The notes beneath the pieces were generated by a model. The model was not told the origin of the DNA. It made no database searches and worked only from the letters and a program-made list of their open reading frames with translations. From Patescibacteria group bacterium (GTDB lineage Bacteria > Patescibacteriota > Minisyncoccia > Phycocordibacterales > PALSA-1337), in the NCBI GenBank assembly GCA_040388415.1, contig JAZKBV010000001.1, forward strand, positions 74,369 through 138,368: 64,000 nt of DNA, read 5' to 3'. Positions 1 to 10,288 of the stretch are shown piece after piece (position 1 is the first letter of the stretch; every line of letters begins with the position of its first letter). The position numbers and the translations under genes are program-made.

Positions 1-18
1 ATTCAGGTAATCGTTACA

Positions 19-453
19 TTGCCAAATAGTGCTGATCCTCTAAATGATAAAGGCTATACAATTAAATGTGCCCAAGGGGCGCTTAAAGTCATGTCTGATA
101 ATGCGCAGACGGGTGATTTGTCTATAAATTCACAATCTGTATGTGCGGACACTAATGTCTGGCATAATATTACTGCCGATTTTAATTACAGTACGTCGGT
201 CATTACGGTATATGTTGACGGAAAACAAGTTGCTAGCCTATCTAGTGCAAGTATACCAACAAGGCCAATTGCTGGTATATATATAGGTGCTGAACCAGGG
301 CAGCAGACAAATCCTCAGGCGTATGGTGGACAAGAGTTTTTTAACGGATATATAGATGATGTAAAAATTTACAATGAGTCACTTCTCGCGTCAGAAGTCC
401 AAAAGCTCTATGCCGAAGGTCTCAAAACCCACACTCTAGCCGATAGTAAATAA
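19..453 (+). CDS. LamG/concanavalin-like domain protein, C-terminal part (probably begins before the window)
   Basis: WHNITA..ITVYVDGKQV..IYIG..FFNGYIDDVKIYN..L..EV..LY is the LamG_3 pattern; frame is open from the window edge. Confidence 0.75.
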   Translation: MPNSADPLNDKGYTIKCAQGALKVMSDNAQTGDLSINSQSVCADTNVWHNITADFNYSTSVITVYVDGKQVASLSSASIPTRPIAGIYIGAEPGQQTNPQAYGGQEFFNGYIDDVKIYNESLLASEVQKLYAEGLKTHTLADSK

Positions 454-535
454 GGTCAGCTTAAATCTCAATCAACCTTTGACTCCCTCACTATTTCATG
501 TATAATGAGCGCTCTTATTCGTATTAATATATAAC

Positions 536-1195
536 ATGCTTACACTTAACGTAGAAAAGCGAGATATGAAGCAGAACCGCGAGGTTTTGCGACAAAAAGG
601 GCTTATTCCTGCGGTTTTTTATGGACCAAAAGAAGAGACCACGCCTGTCACCATGTCTCTTTCAGAATTCAAGAAAATCTGGAAAAAGGCCGGCGAATCA
701 TCAGTCATCATCTTAAAAGAAGGTTCAAATGAGCATGAGTCTCTCATTCACGACATTGATATCCATCCATTGTCTGGCGAGCCACGTCATGCTGACTTTT
801 ATGTCATTGAAAAGGGCAAGAAGGTCACAGTTCACATCCCACTCGTATATGTTGGCGTTTCTCCAGCAGTAAAGGACAAGGGTGGTATCCTCGTCAAAGT
901 TCACCGTGAGATTGAGATCGAAGCAGCTCCTCGCGACCTCCCACATGAGCTCTCAATCGATATTTCAAAGCTCGTCGAGTTCTCGGATGTTGTTCATGCA
1001 AGCGATATCATCCTCCCAACAGGCGTATCTCTCAAGATCAACCCTGAGGAAGTAGTCACTGCTATCTCCGAGCCTAAGGAAGAGAAGGAAGAGGCTCCAG
1101 CAGCAATCGACATGTCAGCTATTGAAGTCGAAGCAAAGGGCAAGGAAGTCAAAGAAGGTGAAGAAGGTGCAGCTCCTGCTCCAGAGAAGAAATAG
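536..1195 (+). CDS. rplY: 50S ribosomal protein L25/Ctc
   Basis: LRQKGLIPAVFYG, HPLSGEPRHADFY, two-domain Ctc length, acidic tail. Confidence 0.95.
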   Translation: MLTLNVEKRDMKQNREVLRQKGLIPAVFYGPKEETTPVTMSLSEFKKIWKKAGESSVIILKEGSNEHESLIHDIDIHPLSGEPRHADFYVIEKGKKVTVHIPLVYVGVSPAVKDKGGILVKVHREIEIEAAPRDLPHELSIDISKLVEFSDVVHASDIILPTGVSLKINPEEVVTAISEPKEEKEEAPAAIDMSAIEVEAKGKEVKEGEEGAAPAPEKK

Positions 1196-1210
1196 TTTTC
1201 CCCAAGTACT

Positions 1211-1239
1211 CAAAAAACTCCCAAACAGGGAGTTTTTTG
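1211..1239 (+). terminator. Intrinsic terminator after rplY
   Basis: CAAAAAACTCCC-AAACA-GGGAGTTTTTTG. Confidence 0.8.
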
Positions 1240-1255
1240 TTATACTATATGCACT

Positions 1256-1846
1256 ATGTCTTTCACCAAAAATAAAGGTTTTACTCTCATTGAGTTGCTC
1301 GTGGTCATCTCTATTATCAGTTTGCTTTCAAGCATCATTATGACCGGCGTGGCAAGCGCGCGTGTCAAAGCGTTAGATTCGAAGCGACTACAGGAAACAC
1401 GCGCAATTGATACGGCAGTAAAATTATATATTGAAGACAATGGACATGCGCCCTATCTTGGGGGCACTGCTTGTCAACCTATCAGTGGTACACCAACCAC
1501 TGACCAGGCATATGCTTGCGTCGCAGGTATTCTGACTAATCCTGCAAATTGGACGACATTCCAAGCTGAGATTTCAAAGTATATGCCAAAACTTCCTATT
1601 GATCCCTGCGGCATAGATCCTACATGTAAAGATAAGGGCCTCGAGTACAAGTATATTGCGCCACTTGCTGTACAGAATCAGTGTGGGGGATGTAGCACAG
1701 ATACTCTCAATAAATCATTTGAAACAGCAAAAGGCTCACAGCAAACAGGTATTGTCAGTGGTTATACAACATTGACGACGTTCTATAATCCTCCGGCACC
1801 ATCTAGTGGTGGCGGTGGTGGGGGTGGTGGGGGATATGGAAACTAG
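1256..1846 (+). CDS. Type IV pilin-like protein
   Basis: KGFTLIELLVVISII class III signal, SARVKALDSKR helix, LPIDP motif, Gly-rich tail. Confidence 0.92.
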   Translation: MSFTKNKGFTLIELLVVISIISLLSSIIMTGVASARVKALDSKRLQETRAIDTAVKLYIEDNGHAPYLGGTACQPISGTPTTDQAYACVAGILTNPANWTTFQAEISKYMPKLPIDPCGIDPTCKDKGLEYKYIAPLAVQNQCGGCSTDTLNKSFETAKGSQQTGIVSGYTTLTTFYNPPAPSSGGGGGGGGGYGN

Positions 1847-1868
1847 CCTTTCTTTTAGCTGAAAATCT

Positions 1869-3350
1869 ATGGATAAAAAAATATATTTCACCGGGATTTT
1901 TTTCCTGACAATTTGTCTCGCGGCATATTTTTTGAATGATTATGTGGGTGTAGTGATACATTCCATTATCAATACTATTGCGCCAGGGCGTAGCGACTCA
2001 AAGCCAACCTTTTTCTTTCTCTACGGCATTGTGCTCGCTCTGATATATATTATTTTTTCAACAAAAAAAGAATCAAAGAAGCTCGCTCGTGCCCACATAT
2101 ATCTACCGTTTGTTCTGTGGTCAGGCATCATAGGCTCATTTGGATTGAGCCTCGGCACATACCTGTGGTTCCTCGCAAAGCATCATCTGCCATATACATA
2201 TACGCTCATCGCTAATAACGGAACGTTCACCTCGACTGCTCTTTTGCACAACCATTTTACCAAAGGTGCTTTGGTATTTTTTACACAGTTTTTCTCTTCA
2301 TCGAGCATTCCAAACACAGATTCTGGGTTTGCTTTGCTTGGGCTTGTACCGCAGCCGGTATTCTTTCTCCAAGCTTTACTTGCACTCATAGCTTGTGTTG
2401 CGGTAGTAGCCTACTATCGAACAAAGTTGCAATATGTTCACTCATTGCCGCTCTGGAGAAATATCAGTTTCTCACTTCTGTATGGGCTGTCATCTTTCAT
2501 GGTTTTGAAAAGCATGTTAGATGGAGGCATTTTTGATTCTTCTGCGATACCGGGACTTATTTTCTTTATCGTTATTTGTCAGCAGCACAAACGCATTGCA
2601 AGCATAAGTATTATTTTTCTTGCAGGGTCGCTCATAGCGCTCATGGGGTGGCTGTATTCTACAGGCTATTTTACGGGCGATCAGGACTATGTCTATCATG
2701 TCTATACAATATGCGTTAATGGGGCAGTCCTAGCTCTCTTCTATCTCGCTTTTTCATATAAGCATAATCGGCTGTATGTGCTGACGACGATATTATTGGC
2801 ACTGTTCATCTTTCCTCAGATTGAAAATTATGTCTCGGCCAATGAGTATGCTGACCAATCAGTAAGCGCTGACGGAGCCTGGGTGTCTTCATATGAGCGA
2901 TTGTCTGATGTTCGGTTCACTTATCTTGGCGACGTGGGGCGCTTGCATATCTATCTGTTCACACCACGAACATCGGATGATATCCAGGTGATCGATCTTG
3001 TGCGAGCGAGCGGCTTTTCGCCATCATACACGCCCGCTGTAGCGCTTTATGATCAGTGCCTGCCGCACGCTAGTTTTATAGCGACCGATCTCACGATCCA
3101 CTCGATGGTACCTGTTGAGAATCTTGCGACAGCAACGCCATTGTATACCTTTATGCCGACGCCAAGCGCTTTGTCGGACGCATCGCTCTCTGGGGCATTT
3201 GAGTATCGAAGAACGATCGCTTCTCCGCCATGTTTGCCGATGACGCTTGCCTCATATGTGGAAACGGTCCGAAGCCTCGTCCCTGAACCATTCTTTGTAT
3301 CCGATATAAAAAATAACACTAATGACCCTCTCTCTCATACTACTTTCTAG
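1869..3350 (+). CDS. Polytopic membrane protein of unknown function
   Basis: About 10 hydrophobic segments followed by a soluble C-terminal domain. Confidence 0.6.
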   Translation: MDKKIYFTGIFFLTICLAAYFLNDYVGVVIHSIINTIAPGRSDSKPTFFFLYGIVLALIYIIFSTKKESKKLARAHIYLPFVLWSGIIGSFGLSLGTYLWFLAKHHLPYTYTLIANNGTFTSTALLHNHFTKGALVFFTQFFSSSSIPNTDSGFALLGLVPQPVFFLQALLALIACVAVVAYYRTKLQYVHSLPLWRNISFSLLYGLSSFMVLKSMLDGGIFDSSAIPGLIFFIVICQQHKRIASISIIFLAGSLIALMGWLYSTGYFTGDQDYVYHVYTICVNGAVLALFYLAFSYKHNRLYVLTTILLALFIFPQIENYVSANEYADQSVSADGAWVSSYERLSDVRFTYLGDVGRLHIYLFTPRTSDDIQVIDLVRASGFSPSYTPAVALYDQCLPHASFIATDLTIHSMVPVENLATATPLYTFMPTPSALSDASLSGAFEYRRTIASPPCLPMTLASYVETVRSLVPEPFFVSDIKNNTNDPLSHTTF

Positions 3351-3828
3351 CATATATTTTGCATTACCGTGTTGGATATTCAATATGAGCGCGGCTCTGC
3401 TGATTCCGATCGGCCGAACATTTCCTCTGGTACGAAAGCTGAATGTACCGGTTGATTTTGGTTTGATGCTAGGGAAGTCTCGGCTCGTCGGACCATCTCG
3501 TACTTTTCTTGGTCTTGGGGTAGCCATTCTTGTAGGTATCTTATGGGTGTATGTTTCTGACGATTCATATGCTTTGATAAAAACAGTGCTCGCTTTTGTC
3601 GGTGTCGTACTTGCGAGCTTTATCAAACGACGCTTGAATCTCAAACAAGGCGCACCTTTTTTGATTGCCGATCAAATCGACTATCTGCTCTTAGTCGCTG
3701 TGATTTTTTATATCTGCGCTCTAGAGAATATCTTTGTGCTCGGTGCCGCGCTCATCATCACCGCTATCGCTCATCCGATCGTGTGTTATGTAGCATATAA
3801 ACTACACCTCAAAGAGAGCCCCTTTTAG
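3322..3828 (+). CDS. CDP-archaeol synthase (CarS/DUF46)-like membrane protein
   Basis: PVDFG..G..R..G..RTF, ASFIKRRL..G.P...DQIDY resemble the CarS family. Confidence 0.75.
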   Translation: MTLSLILLSSIYFALPCWIFNMSAALLIPIGRTFPLVRKLNVPVDFGLMLGKSRLVGPSRTFLGLGVAILVGILWVYVSDDSYALIKTVLAFVGVVLASFIKRRLNLKQGAPFLIADQIDYLLLVAVIFYICALENIFVLGAALIITAIAHPIVCYVAYKLHLKESPF

Positions 3829-3855
3829 GTATTTTTTGGTATAATCAAGAGACCA

Positions 3856-5196
3856 ATGAACATACGACGTTATTTTTTTATTGCCATTTTGGCTGTATTG
3901 ATGATTCCGGCGACTGGTAGAGCCCAAACTCTGCAGTGTAATACGCCATCCGAAAAAGCTGCTTGTCAGGCGGCACTCGATCAGACCAATGCTGAGCTCG
4001 CGCAGGCTCAAAAAGACCTCGCGTCAGCACAAGCAAAGAGTTCATCTATCACAAATGATATCGCTGTTCTTGATGCAAAGATAAAAGCCGCTCAGCTTCA
4101 GATCAAGGCAAAGAACCTCCTCATCCAGACGCTTGGTACGAATATCGTTCAAAAACAAGATCATATCAAAAGTCTCGATAATCATATAGAAAAAGGTGAA
4201 CAGACGCTGGCGGATCTGCTCCGTCGAACTCGTGAGACAGATGGGTATTCGTTGCCTGAGATACTTCTTTCTCAATCGACCGTGGCAGGTTTTTTCAAGG
4301 ACGTAGATGCTTTTGATTCGCTCCAAGAGAGCCTCCAGCGTACATTTGATGAGCTTCGTACTGATAAGGCTTCAACGGCAGCAGAGAAGTCTGCTCTTGA
4401 GATACGTCAGAATACCGAAGAGGACGCACGTTATGTCATCCAGCAACAGCAGAACAGCATCAAAGCGGATCAAACGGAAAAGCAAAGGCTTTTGTCGATA
4501 AGTAAAAATAGTGAGAAGTCGTATGCGGCCCTCGCAGCCCAAAAGGCGGCTGAAGCGGCAAAGATTCGCGCAGCGCTCTTTCCATTGGCAGGATCAAAAG
4601 CTATTCCATTTGGCACGGCGGTCAATTATGCGAACGTGGTTTATCAGAAGCTCGGTGTCCCTCAAGATTTCCTTCTTGCCATCTTGAAACAAGAAACAAA
4701 TATCGGGGGTAATGTGGGCACCTGTTACATGACGAACCCATCAGATGGTTCAGGTATCAATACGAAGACGAATCAATCAGTCAACAATGTCATGAAACCA
4801 AGCAGAGATGTGCAGTCATTCCTGAACATCGTCTCGTCGCTCGGTTATGACTATAAGACGACGGTTGTCTCGTGTCCTCAGTCGTACGGTTATGGTGGTG
4901 GTATGGGTCCTGCTCAGTTCATCGCATCGACATGGATCCTTTTCAAGGATAGGTTGGCGAGCGCTTTGGGCGTATCAACACCGAACCCATGGAATGCGCA
5001 AGATGCATTCATGGCTGCTGGGCTCTATCTGGCTGATCTCGGAGCAAATTCGCAAAGCTACACTGCGCAAAAGAATGCAGCGTGCAGGTACTATTCAGGA
5101 GGATCATGCAAGACATCTAATGGAAGCTCGTCGTATGGCTCAAGTGTTATGGCTATTGCTGATAGCATACAGAGAGATATCAATCTGTTGCAGTAA
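3856..5196 (+). CDS. Secreted coiled-coil protein with C-terminal lytic transglycosylase domain
   Basis: Signal peptide, long coiled coil, LAILKQET and GGMGPAQFIASTW..NPWN SLT motifs. Confidence 0.85.
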   Translation: MNIRRYFFIAILAVLMIPATGRAQTLQCNTPSEKAACQAALDQTNAELAQAQKDLASAQAKSSSITNDIAVLDAKIKAAQLQIKAKNLLIQTLGTNIVQKQDHIKSLDNHIEKGEQTLADLLRRTRETDGYSLPEILLSQSTVAGFFKDVDAFDSLQESLQRTFDELRTDKASTAAEKSALEIRQNTEEDARYVIQQQQNSIKADQTEKQRLLSISKNSEKSYAALAAQKAAEAAKIRAALFPLAGSKAIPFGTAVNYANVVYQKLGVPQDFLLAILKQETNIGGNVGTCYMTNPSDGSGINTKTNQSVNNVMKPSRDVQSFLNIVSSLGYDYKTTVVSCPQSYGYGGGMGPAQFIASTWILFKDRLASALGVSTPNPWNAQDAFMAAGLYLADLGANSQSYTAQKNAACRYYSGGSCKTSNGSSSYGSSVMAIADSIQRDINLLQ

Positions 5197-5206
5197 ATTG
5201 CAGTAG

Positions 5207-5234
5207 CAAAAAAGCGCCACACGGCGCTTTTTTG
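5207..5234. terminator. Bidirectional terminator between convergent genes
   Basis: CAAAAAAGCGCC-ACAC-GGCGCTTTTTTG. Confidence 0.85.
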
Positions 5235-5239
5235 TTTTA

Positions 5240-7399
5240 CTAAATTGTGAGTATGACTGGTATAACCATCGGTCTCTTTGCCGTCTTCTGCAACAGATAC
5301 TTTTGCACCGCATCAGTGACATTGTCTTTGACGATATCGAGGTTGAGCGGATTCATACCCTTGGTCGAAGCATCTGCAGTCTCACGGATGAGTAAACGTA
5401 CCTCATGAAGCAACTCCTGTGACTCACGGAGATAGACGAAACCGCGAGAGATGATATCAGGTGACTTTTTGAGTTTACCAGTAGTGGCATTCATAATACC
5501 AAAGATGATGAATATACCATCCTGAGCCAGTGCCTGACGATCACGGATAACTACATCCTGCATGTCACCAACAGAGAAACCGTCGACGAGGACGAGTCCT
5601 GATGCAGCCTTTTCCTTCAACTTTACAAGCTTGGTACCACCGTTTTGGATTTCAATAAGATTTCCGTTGTCTGGAACGACCACATCTGACTCAAGGAGAC
5701 CGTTGGCTTCCTTGGCGATATCACAGTGTGCGCGGAGCATGTAGTGTAAGCCGTGGAGAGGCATAAAGAACTTCGGCTTGATAGCGCGGTGTATCCACGC
5801 TGTCTCGTCGCGGTTGGCATGGCCGGAAGAGTGGATGTCGGCGATGCGATAGTGGAGGACTTTTGCTCCTTGGCGGGAAAGGTTGTCTTTGAGCTTTTGG
5901 ATCGGGCGCTCATTTCCAGGAATGACCGAAGAAGAGAGGATAATCGTATCTCGAGGCGTGAGCTTGATCTTGGCATGCGTCTTATTGGACATGCGGACAA
6001 GCGCAGAAAAATCATTCGCTTGCGCGCCGGTCGTGAGGATAACAATGCGATCAGGTGGATACTTGTCTATATCATCGACTGAGATGATAGTTTCTTTCTT
6101 TGCTTTGAGCAGGCCAAGGTGCTTACAAATCTCGATATTCTGCTTCAAGCTACGACCTTCTATAACAACTTTTTTGTTATAAAGTTCACAATATTCGACA
6201 ATCTTGAGGAGACGCTCGAGGAGAGATGAGAACGTGGCGATGATGAGGCGTCCAGACATGCCTTTGATGATATTTTCAAGGTTCTTGTGCACGACCCTTT
6301 CTGACAATGAAAAACCAGGGTTCTCAACGTTGGTCGAGTCTGCCATGAGGATGAGGACGTTCGTCGGGCTTGCGACAGGATTGCCGTATGAGTTTGTGCC
6401 GCTAACGATAGGGAAGGCACGTTCGTATTCGCCGACTTCTTCAGCAGTAGGTACGCCGTCGACGTGGTCGAGCTTGAGGTCACCGGTGTGAACGATCGAA
6501 CCAAAAGGAGTTTCGATGATGATACCCATTGCATCAGGGATGGTGTGAGTCACCGCAAAGAATCTGACTTTGAGCTTGCCGACAGTAATGGTCGAGTTTT
6601 TCTCAACGACTTGTATGTCGAGCTTTGGCACATGCGCGAATTCCTCCTGTCTCTTCTGAATAAGAACTGACGTAAGAAGACGCGTATAGAGAGGCGGATT
6701 TCCGATACGAGGCATGATATACGGGATGCCTCCGATATGGTCGAGGTGACCGTGAGTGATCAGTACAGCGCGGATCTTGTCCTGGCGCTCTTCGAGGTAC
6801 TTTGTATTTGGCAAGATAAAGTCGATACCTGGCGTATCATCATCTTTGAATTGAAAACCGATATCGACAACGACGATGTCATCGCCATATTGGATAGCAG
6901 TCATGTTCTTACCGATCTCTTCGACGCCACCAAGAGGGATGATACGGACTGAGTCAGCTGCGAGCGGTGGGATGACATCGCCTTCGCGTTTGACGACAGG
7001 CTTGTTTGGACCACGGCGGATAGAGCGAGCTGCATCAGGACGGACGATGTTCATGCGTGTTCCTGCGATATGCTTGTCAGGAAGCGGAGCGTGAGTCACT
7101 GCAACGCTCGTTTGAGGACGAGCGCGGAACTGGCTCGATGCGGGGCGTCTAAAAGGGACTGCCTTGCGAGCGCCACGGCCGAGGACGACACGATGGCCGT
7201 TTGCTTCGCCCAGAGCGACAGGTGGACGTTGTGGAGCAAATGAGCCAGGTGTAGATGTCGATGAAGGTGCGATTGTTCGTGTCTTATTGAAACGATTGTG
7301 AAAAGGTTTGCGTGGTCCAGCGCCAAAAGAGCGTCCAGGTTGTTGTGGAGGACGAGGTGACGGTGACGGCGTATTTGGTTTGTTGTTTTCGTTGTTCAT
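5240..7399 (-). CDS. rnj: Ribonuclease J with long disordered N-terminal extension
   Basis: IIPLGGVEEIGKNMT, THGHLDHIGG, HSSGHA, DIISRGFVY. Confidence 0.95.
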   Translation of the reverse strand: MNNENNKPNTPSPSPRPPQQPGRSFGAGPRKPFHNRFNKTRTIAPSSTSTPGSFAPQRPPVALGEANGHRVVLGRGARKAVPFRRPASSQFRARPQTSVAVTHAPLPDKHIAGTRMNIVRPDAARSIRRGPNKPVVKREGDVIPPLAADSVRIIPLGGVEEIGKNMTAIQYGDDIVVVDIGFQFKDDDTPGIDFILPNTKYLEERQDKIRAVLITHGHLDHIGGIPYIMPRIGNPPLYTRLLTSVLIQKRQEEFAHVPKLDIQVVEKNSTITVGKLKVRFFAVTHTIPDAMGIIIETPFGSIVHTGDLKLDHVDGVPTAEEVGEYERAFPIVSGTNSYGNPVASPTNVLILMADSTNVENPGFSLSERVVHKNLENIIKGMSGRLIIATFSSLLERLLKIVEYCELYNKKVVIEGRSLKQNIEICKHLGLLKAKKETIISVDDIDKYPPDRIVILTTGAQANDFSALVRMSNKTHAKIKLTPRDTIILSSSVIPGNERPIQKLKDNLSRQGAKVLHYRIADIHSSGHANRDETAWIHRAIKPKFFMPLHGLHYMLRAHCDIAKEANGLLESDVVVPDNGNLIEIQNGGTKLVKLKEKAASGLVLVDGFSVGDMQDVVIRDRQALAQDGIFIIFGIMNATTGKLKKSPDIISRGFVYLRESQELLHEVRLLIRETADASTKGMNPLNLDIVKDNVTDAVQKYLLQKTAKRPMVIPVILTI

Positions 7400-7406
7400 A
7401 TATTTT

Positions 7407-9164
7407 TTATTTAAAGATGTTCCATACTTTCTCTGTCTCTACGTACCAGTTGCTGATCGAATTCCAATGGTCTGACGGCGTGGTGATGGAATCGAGATGG
7501 ATACCACCGAGTGTCTTTGGCACTGCATATATAAAGTCGGGAGAATAGAGGAATAGTGCAGGGAGGTCGGCTTGTATCAGCTGGTCGAGCTTGCTGTAGT
7601 CGCTCATCATGACTGCGGTGCTTGCGGTATTTCGTATGTCAGCGAGTAATGTATCTACTTTGCTATTTGCATACTGGGCGACATTCAATCCGGGGGCATT
7701 TCGTTGCGATGAGTGCCAGAAGGCATAGAGGTCTCGATCTTTGCCGATCTGCTCACCGAAGAGCAGGGCGTCATACTTGCGTGTGCGGATGACGTTTTGA
7801 TAGAGGTCAGATGCCTCAAATATCTGCACATCTACTTGCGCGCCCAGAGCGAGCCACTGCGTCTTGAGCATACGAGCTGTAGCTACGAGATCAGGCGTGT
7901 CAGCGGTATAGATATCGAATGAAAGGGTTGTCGAGGCAGTTTTTGCTTTTGATGATTTCTTTTCATATATGCCAGCACCGTTCTTTCTCCAGCCGTTTTT
8001 CTCGAGGAGGGCTTGTGCGCTTCCGAGCTGAGCCGTGACCGAATCTGATGAGTTGCTTGTCTGCAAACCGAGATCTGTCATCAGTCGTGCGGGTATCGGG
8101 CCGTATGCAGGTGTACCATATCCAAAGAGGACATTGTCGATGATCTGCTTTCGGTCAGTAGCCAGCTCGAGCGCGTTGCGAACGACTGGATCGGCGAGTA
8201 CGGCAGACTGAGTTTGATTGAAAAAGACGCCAAAGATGCGGGGAAGTGATGTTTCAAGGACGGTGTAACCCTCAGCGGTATTTGAGGCAAGCTTGTCTGC
8301 GACTGAAGGGTCAATAGAAGGGAGACTATCGATTGTTCCATCATTGAGCGCGCTCAGTGCCCTGTCTTCGCGGGCGAAGAAATAAAAAGAAATGGTGTTG
8401 ATGAATGGACGTTTACCAGCATATCCGCTCCATGTCGTGAGGTGGTATGAAGTAGGGATGCCACCTGAGTCGCGAGCAATGCTGTCTATCTTGTATGGCC
8501 CTGAACCGATGGGTTGTATATTGTATTGGCTGAAAATAAATTGATCGTCGCTGACATTGCCCCAAATATGCTTCGGTATGATACCGATGGTCGTATTCGC
8601 CAAAAAACCGCTGTATGGCTGCTTGAGGATGAACTGTATCTCAGATGCAGATATCTGCTTGATAGTCACATTGGCCCAATCGCCTTGGCGCGGGCTCTTG
8701 AGGGCTGGGTCTTGGATCTTTTGGACTGTAAAAGCGATATCATCAGTCGTGAGTTCTTTGCCATCGTGGAAGGTGAGACCCTTTTTGATGGTGAAGTCAT
8801 AGGTCAATCCATCAGATGACACGGTCCAGGACTGAGCGAGATCGGGGACAAATGAGCCTTTTTCATATTTGGTGAGGCCAGAGTATATAAGCGCATTTAT
8901 GTCGCGGTCGACATCTGATACAGCGATGACTGGATTGATCGTGCGGGGGAGGCCAACTTCACCTTCGCTGAGCTCGCCACCGGTCGCAGGTACTTCTGTC
9001 ATAAAAAGGGCGCTCGCTTTAGTGGCCAGCATGAGCGCTGAGATGATGGCAACGATGACTAAAAAGCCAAAAATAGCCTTCTCAGTCGCAGAGAATTTTG
9101 ATAGATAATTCAATATGTGGGCACCGCGTTTCCAGCGGAATTCTTTTTGGAATTGTTCAGTCAC
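7407..9164 (-). CDS. Family 5 (peptide/nickel) ABC substrate-binding protein, membrane anchored
   Basis: PDLAQSWTVSSDGLTYDF, FHDG..LT.DD..FT, PIGSGPY, FWHSSQ. Confidence 0.9.
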   Translation of the reverse strand: MTEQFQKEFRWKRGAHILNYLSKFSATEKAIFGFLVIVAIISALMLATKASALFMTEVPATGGELSEGEVGLPRTINPVIAVSDVDRDINALIYSGLTKYEKGSFVPDLAQSWTVSSDGLTYDFTIKKGLTFHDGKELTTDDIAFTVQKIQDPALKSPRQGDWANVTIKQISASEIQFILKQPYSGFLANTTIGIIPKHIWGNVSDDQFIFSQYNIQPIGSGPYKIDSIARDSGGIPTSYHLTTWSGYAGKRPFINTISFYFFAREDRALSALNDGTIDSLPSIDPSVADKLASNTAEGYTVLETSLPRIFGVFFNQTQSAVLADPVVRNALELATDRKQIIDNVLFGYGTPAYGPIPARLMTDLGLQTSNSSDSVTAQLGSAQALLEKNGWRKNGAGIYEKKSSKAKTASTTLSFDIYTADTPDLVATARMLKTQWLALGAQVDVQIFEASDLYQNVIRTRKYDALLFGEQIGKDRDLYAFWHSSQRNAPGLNVAQYANSKVDTLLADIRNTASTAVMMSDYSKLDQLIQADLPALFLYSPDFIYAVPKTLGGIHLDSITTPSDHWNSISNWYVETEKVWNIFK

Positions 9165-9194
9165 GAAATAGGGCTATATAAAGATATAAATCGA

Positions 9195-9419
9195 CTAGTA
9201 GATAAGGTTCAGGAGTGCAGATGCAGCGAAGAGTATAGCAATGATGATCGTGCCAATGAAAAGCCACTTCTCGAGTCCTCGACGGGTATGATAGGCAGAA
9301 CTGAGGTTATCGCTACCGCCAAATGCGCCACCAACTTGAGCTCCAGTTCTCTGGAGGAGGATGACCGCTATCAAAAAGGCGGACAGGATAATCTGGACAT
9401 ACGGGAGGAGAGACTTCAT
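9195..9419 (-). CDS. secG: Preprotein translocase subunit SecG
   Basis: VILLQ..G..GGAFGG...TRRGLEK; start moved to ATG 9419 after a -10-like element. Confidence 0.9.
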   Translation of the reverse strand: MKSLLPYVQIILSAFLIAVILLQRTGAQVGGAFGGSDNLSSAYHTRRGLEKWLFIGTIIIAILFAASALLNLIY

Positions 9420-9515
9420 TGGGTAGAATATAGCATATGCACCGTATCCATGCAACAAGACGTATATCTATGTGTGATATACTATAGTCTCATTTAATTC
9501 ATCCTCATATACTAT

Positions 9516-10235
9516 ATGCGACGCTTCCTTATCTTTTCTATCGTTTGTTTGGTGCTGGTCATTATCGGCATGGGTGGGTTCTATTTCATCAAAAACTTCA
9601 CCTATACGCGCCATATCACTTTGCCGCCTCAGTTGCTCGCTTCATCTTCGACCGATGTCGTTGTAGGGCAAGACCAGTCTTTTGTGCAACCAGAGGCATT
9701 TGGCCAAAAAGATCCTACGTCGCTCAATCCCGCCTCTACTACTGTAGTCATGAGCGCATGGAAGACCTATACAAATAACGAACTTGGCTTCTCAGTCAAA
9801 TACCCTAAAGATCTAGTTGTGAACACTGGTGTGCCAGGCAGTTTGGTTTTGGCTGCGCCAAAGGACAAATATTTCCACTGGCCATTGCTCGATGATGCGA
9901 AGATAACTATCACAGTGAGCACGTCATGCCCAACCTTCGTCAGCGAACAAGCGCCAAGCAATGTCGCTTCAGTGCCAGTTGGCGACCACACATTCACGCG
10001 TGGTGAGTCAGCCGACGCGGCAGCAGGCAATATATATCGCGAGCTTGCCTACGATACAATGATCAACGGTCTCTGTTATCGTCTAAGCTTGTTCGATCAT
10101 GGCGCAAATGGGGCAGGATTGTATGTGTCAGGACAGGCCCTCATCTCCCAGTATGAAGCTCAACATCAGGTAGACCTTGATAAGCTCGTCGGCATATTTA
10201 TGGGGATGATCAAGAGCTTTTCTATAGAAATATAG
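9516..10235 (+). CDS. Membrane-anchored PsbP-like protein
   Basis: N-terminal TM, WKTYTNNELGFSVKYP motif, 'MIKSF' end. Confidence 0.6.
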   Translation: MRRFLIFSIVCLVLVIIGMGGFYFIKNFTYTRHITLPPQLLASSSTDVVVGQDQSFVQPEAFGQKDPTSLNPASTTVVMSAWKTYTNNELGFSVKYPKDLVVNTGVPGSLVLAAPKDKYFHWPLLDDAKITITVSTSCPTFVSEQAPSNVASVPVGDHTFTRGESADAAAGNIYRELAYDTMINGLCYRLSLFDHGANGAGLYVSGQALISQYEAQHQVDLDKLVGIFMGMIKSFSIEI

Positions 10236-10288
10236 CCTCAACAGGCCCTTTGTGCTATATTAACTCATTATATAGATAATTATTCACT

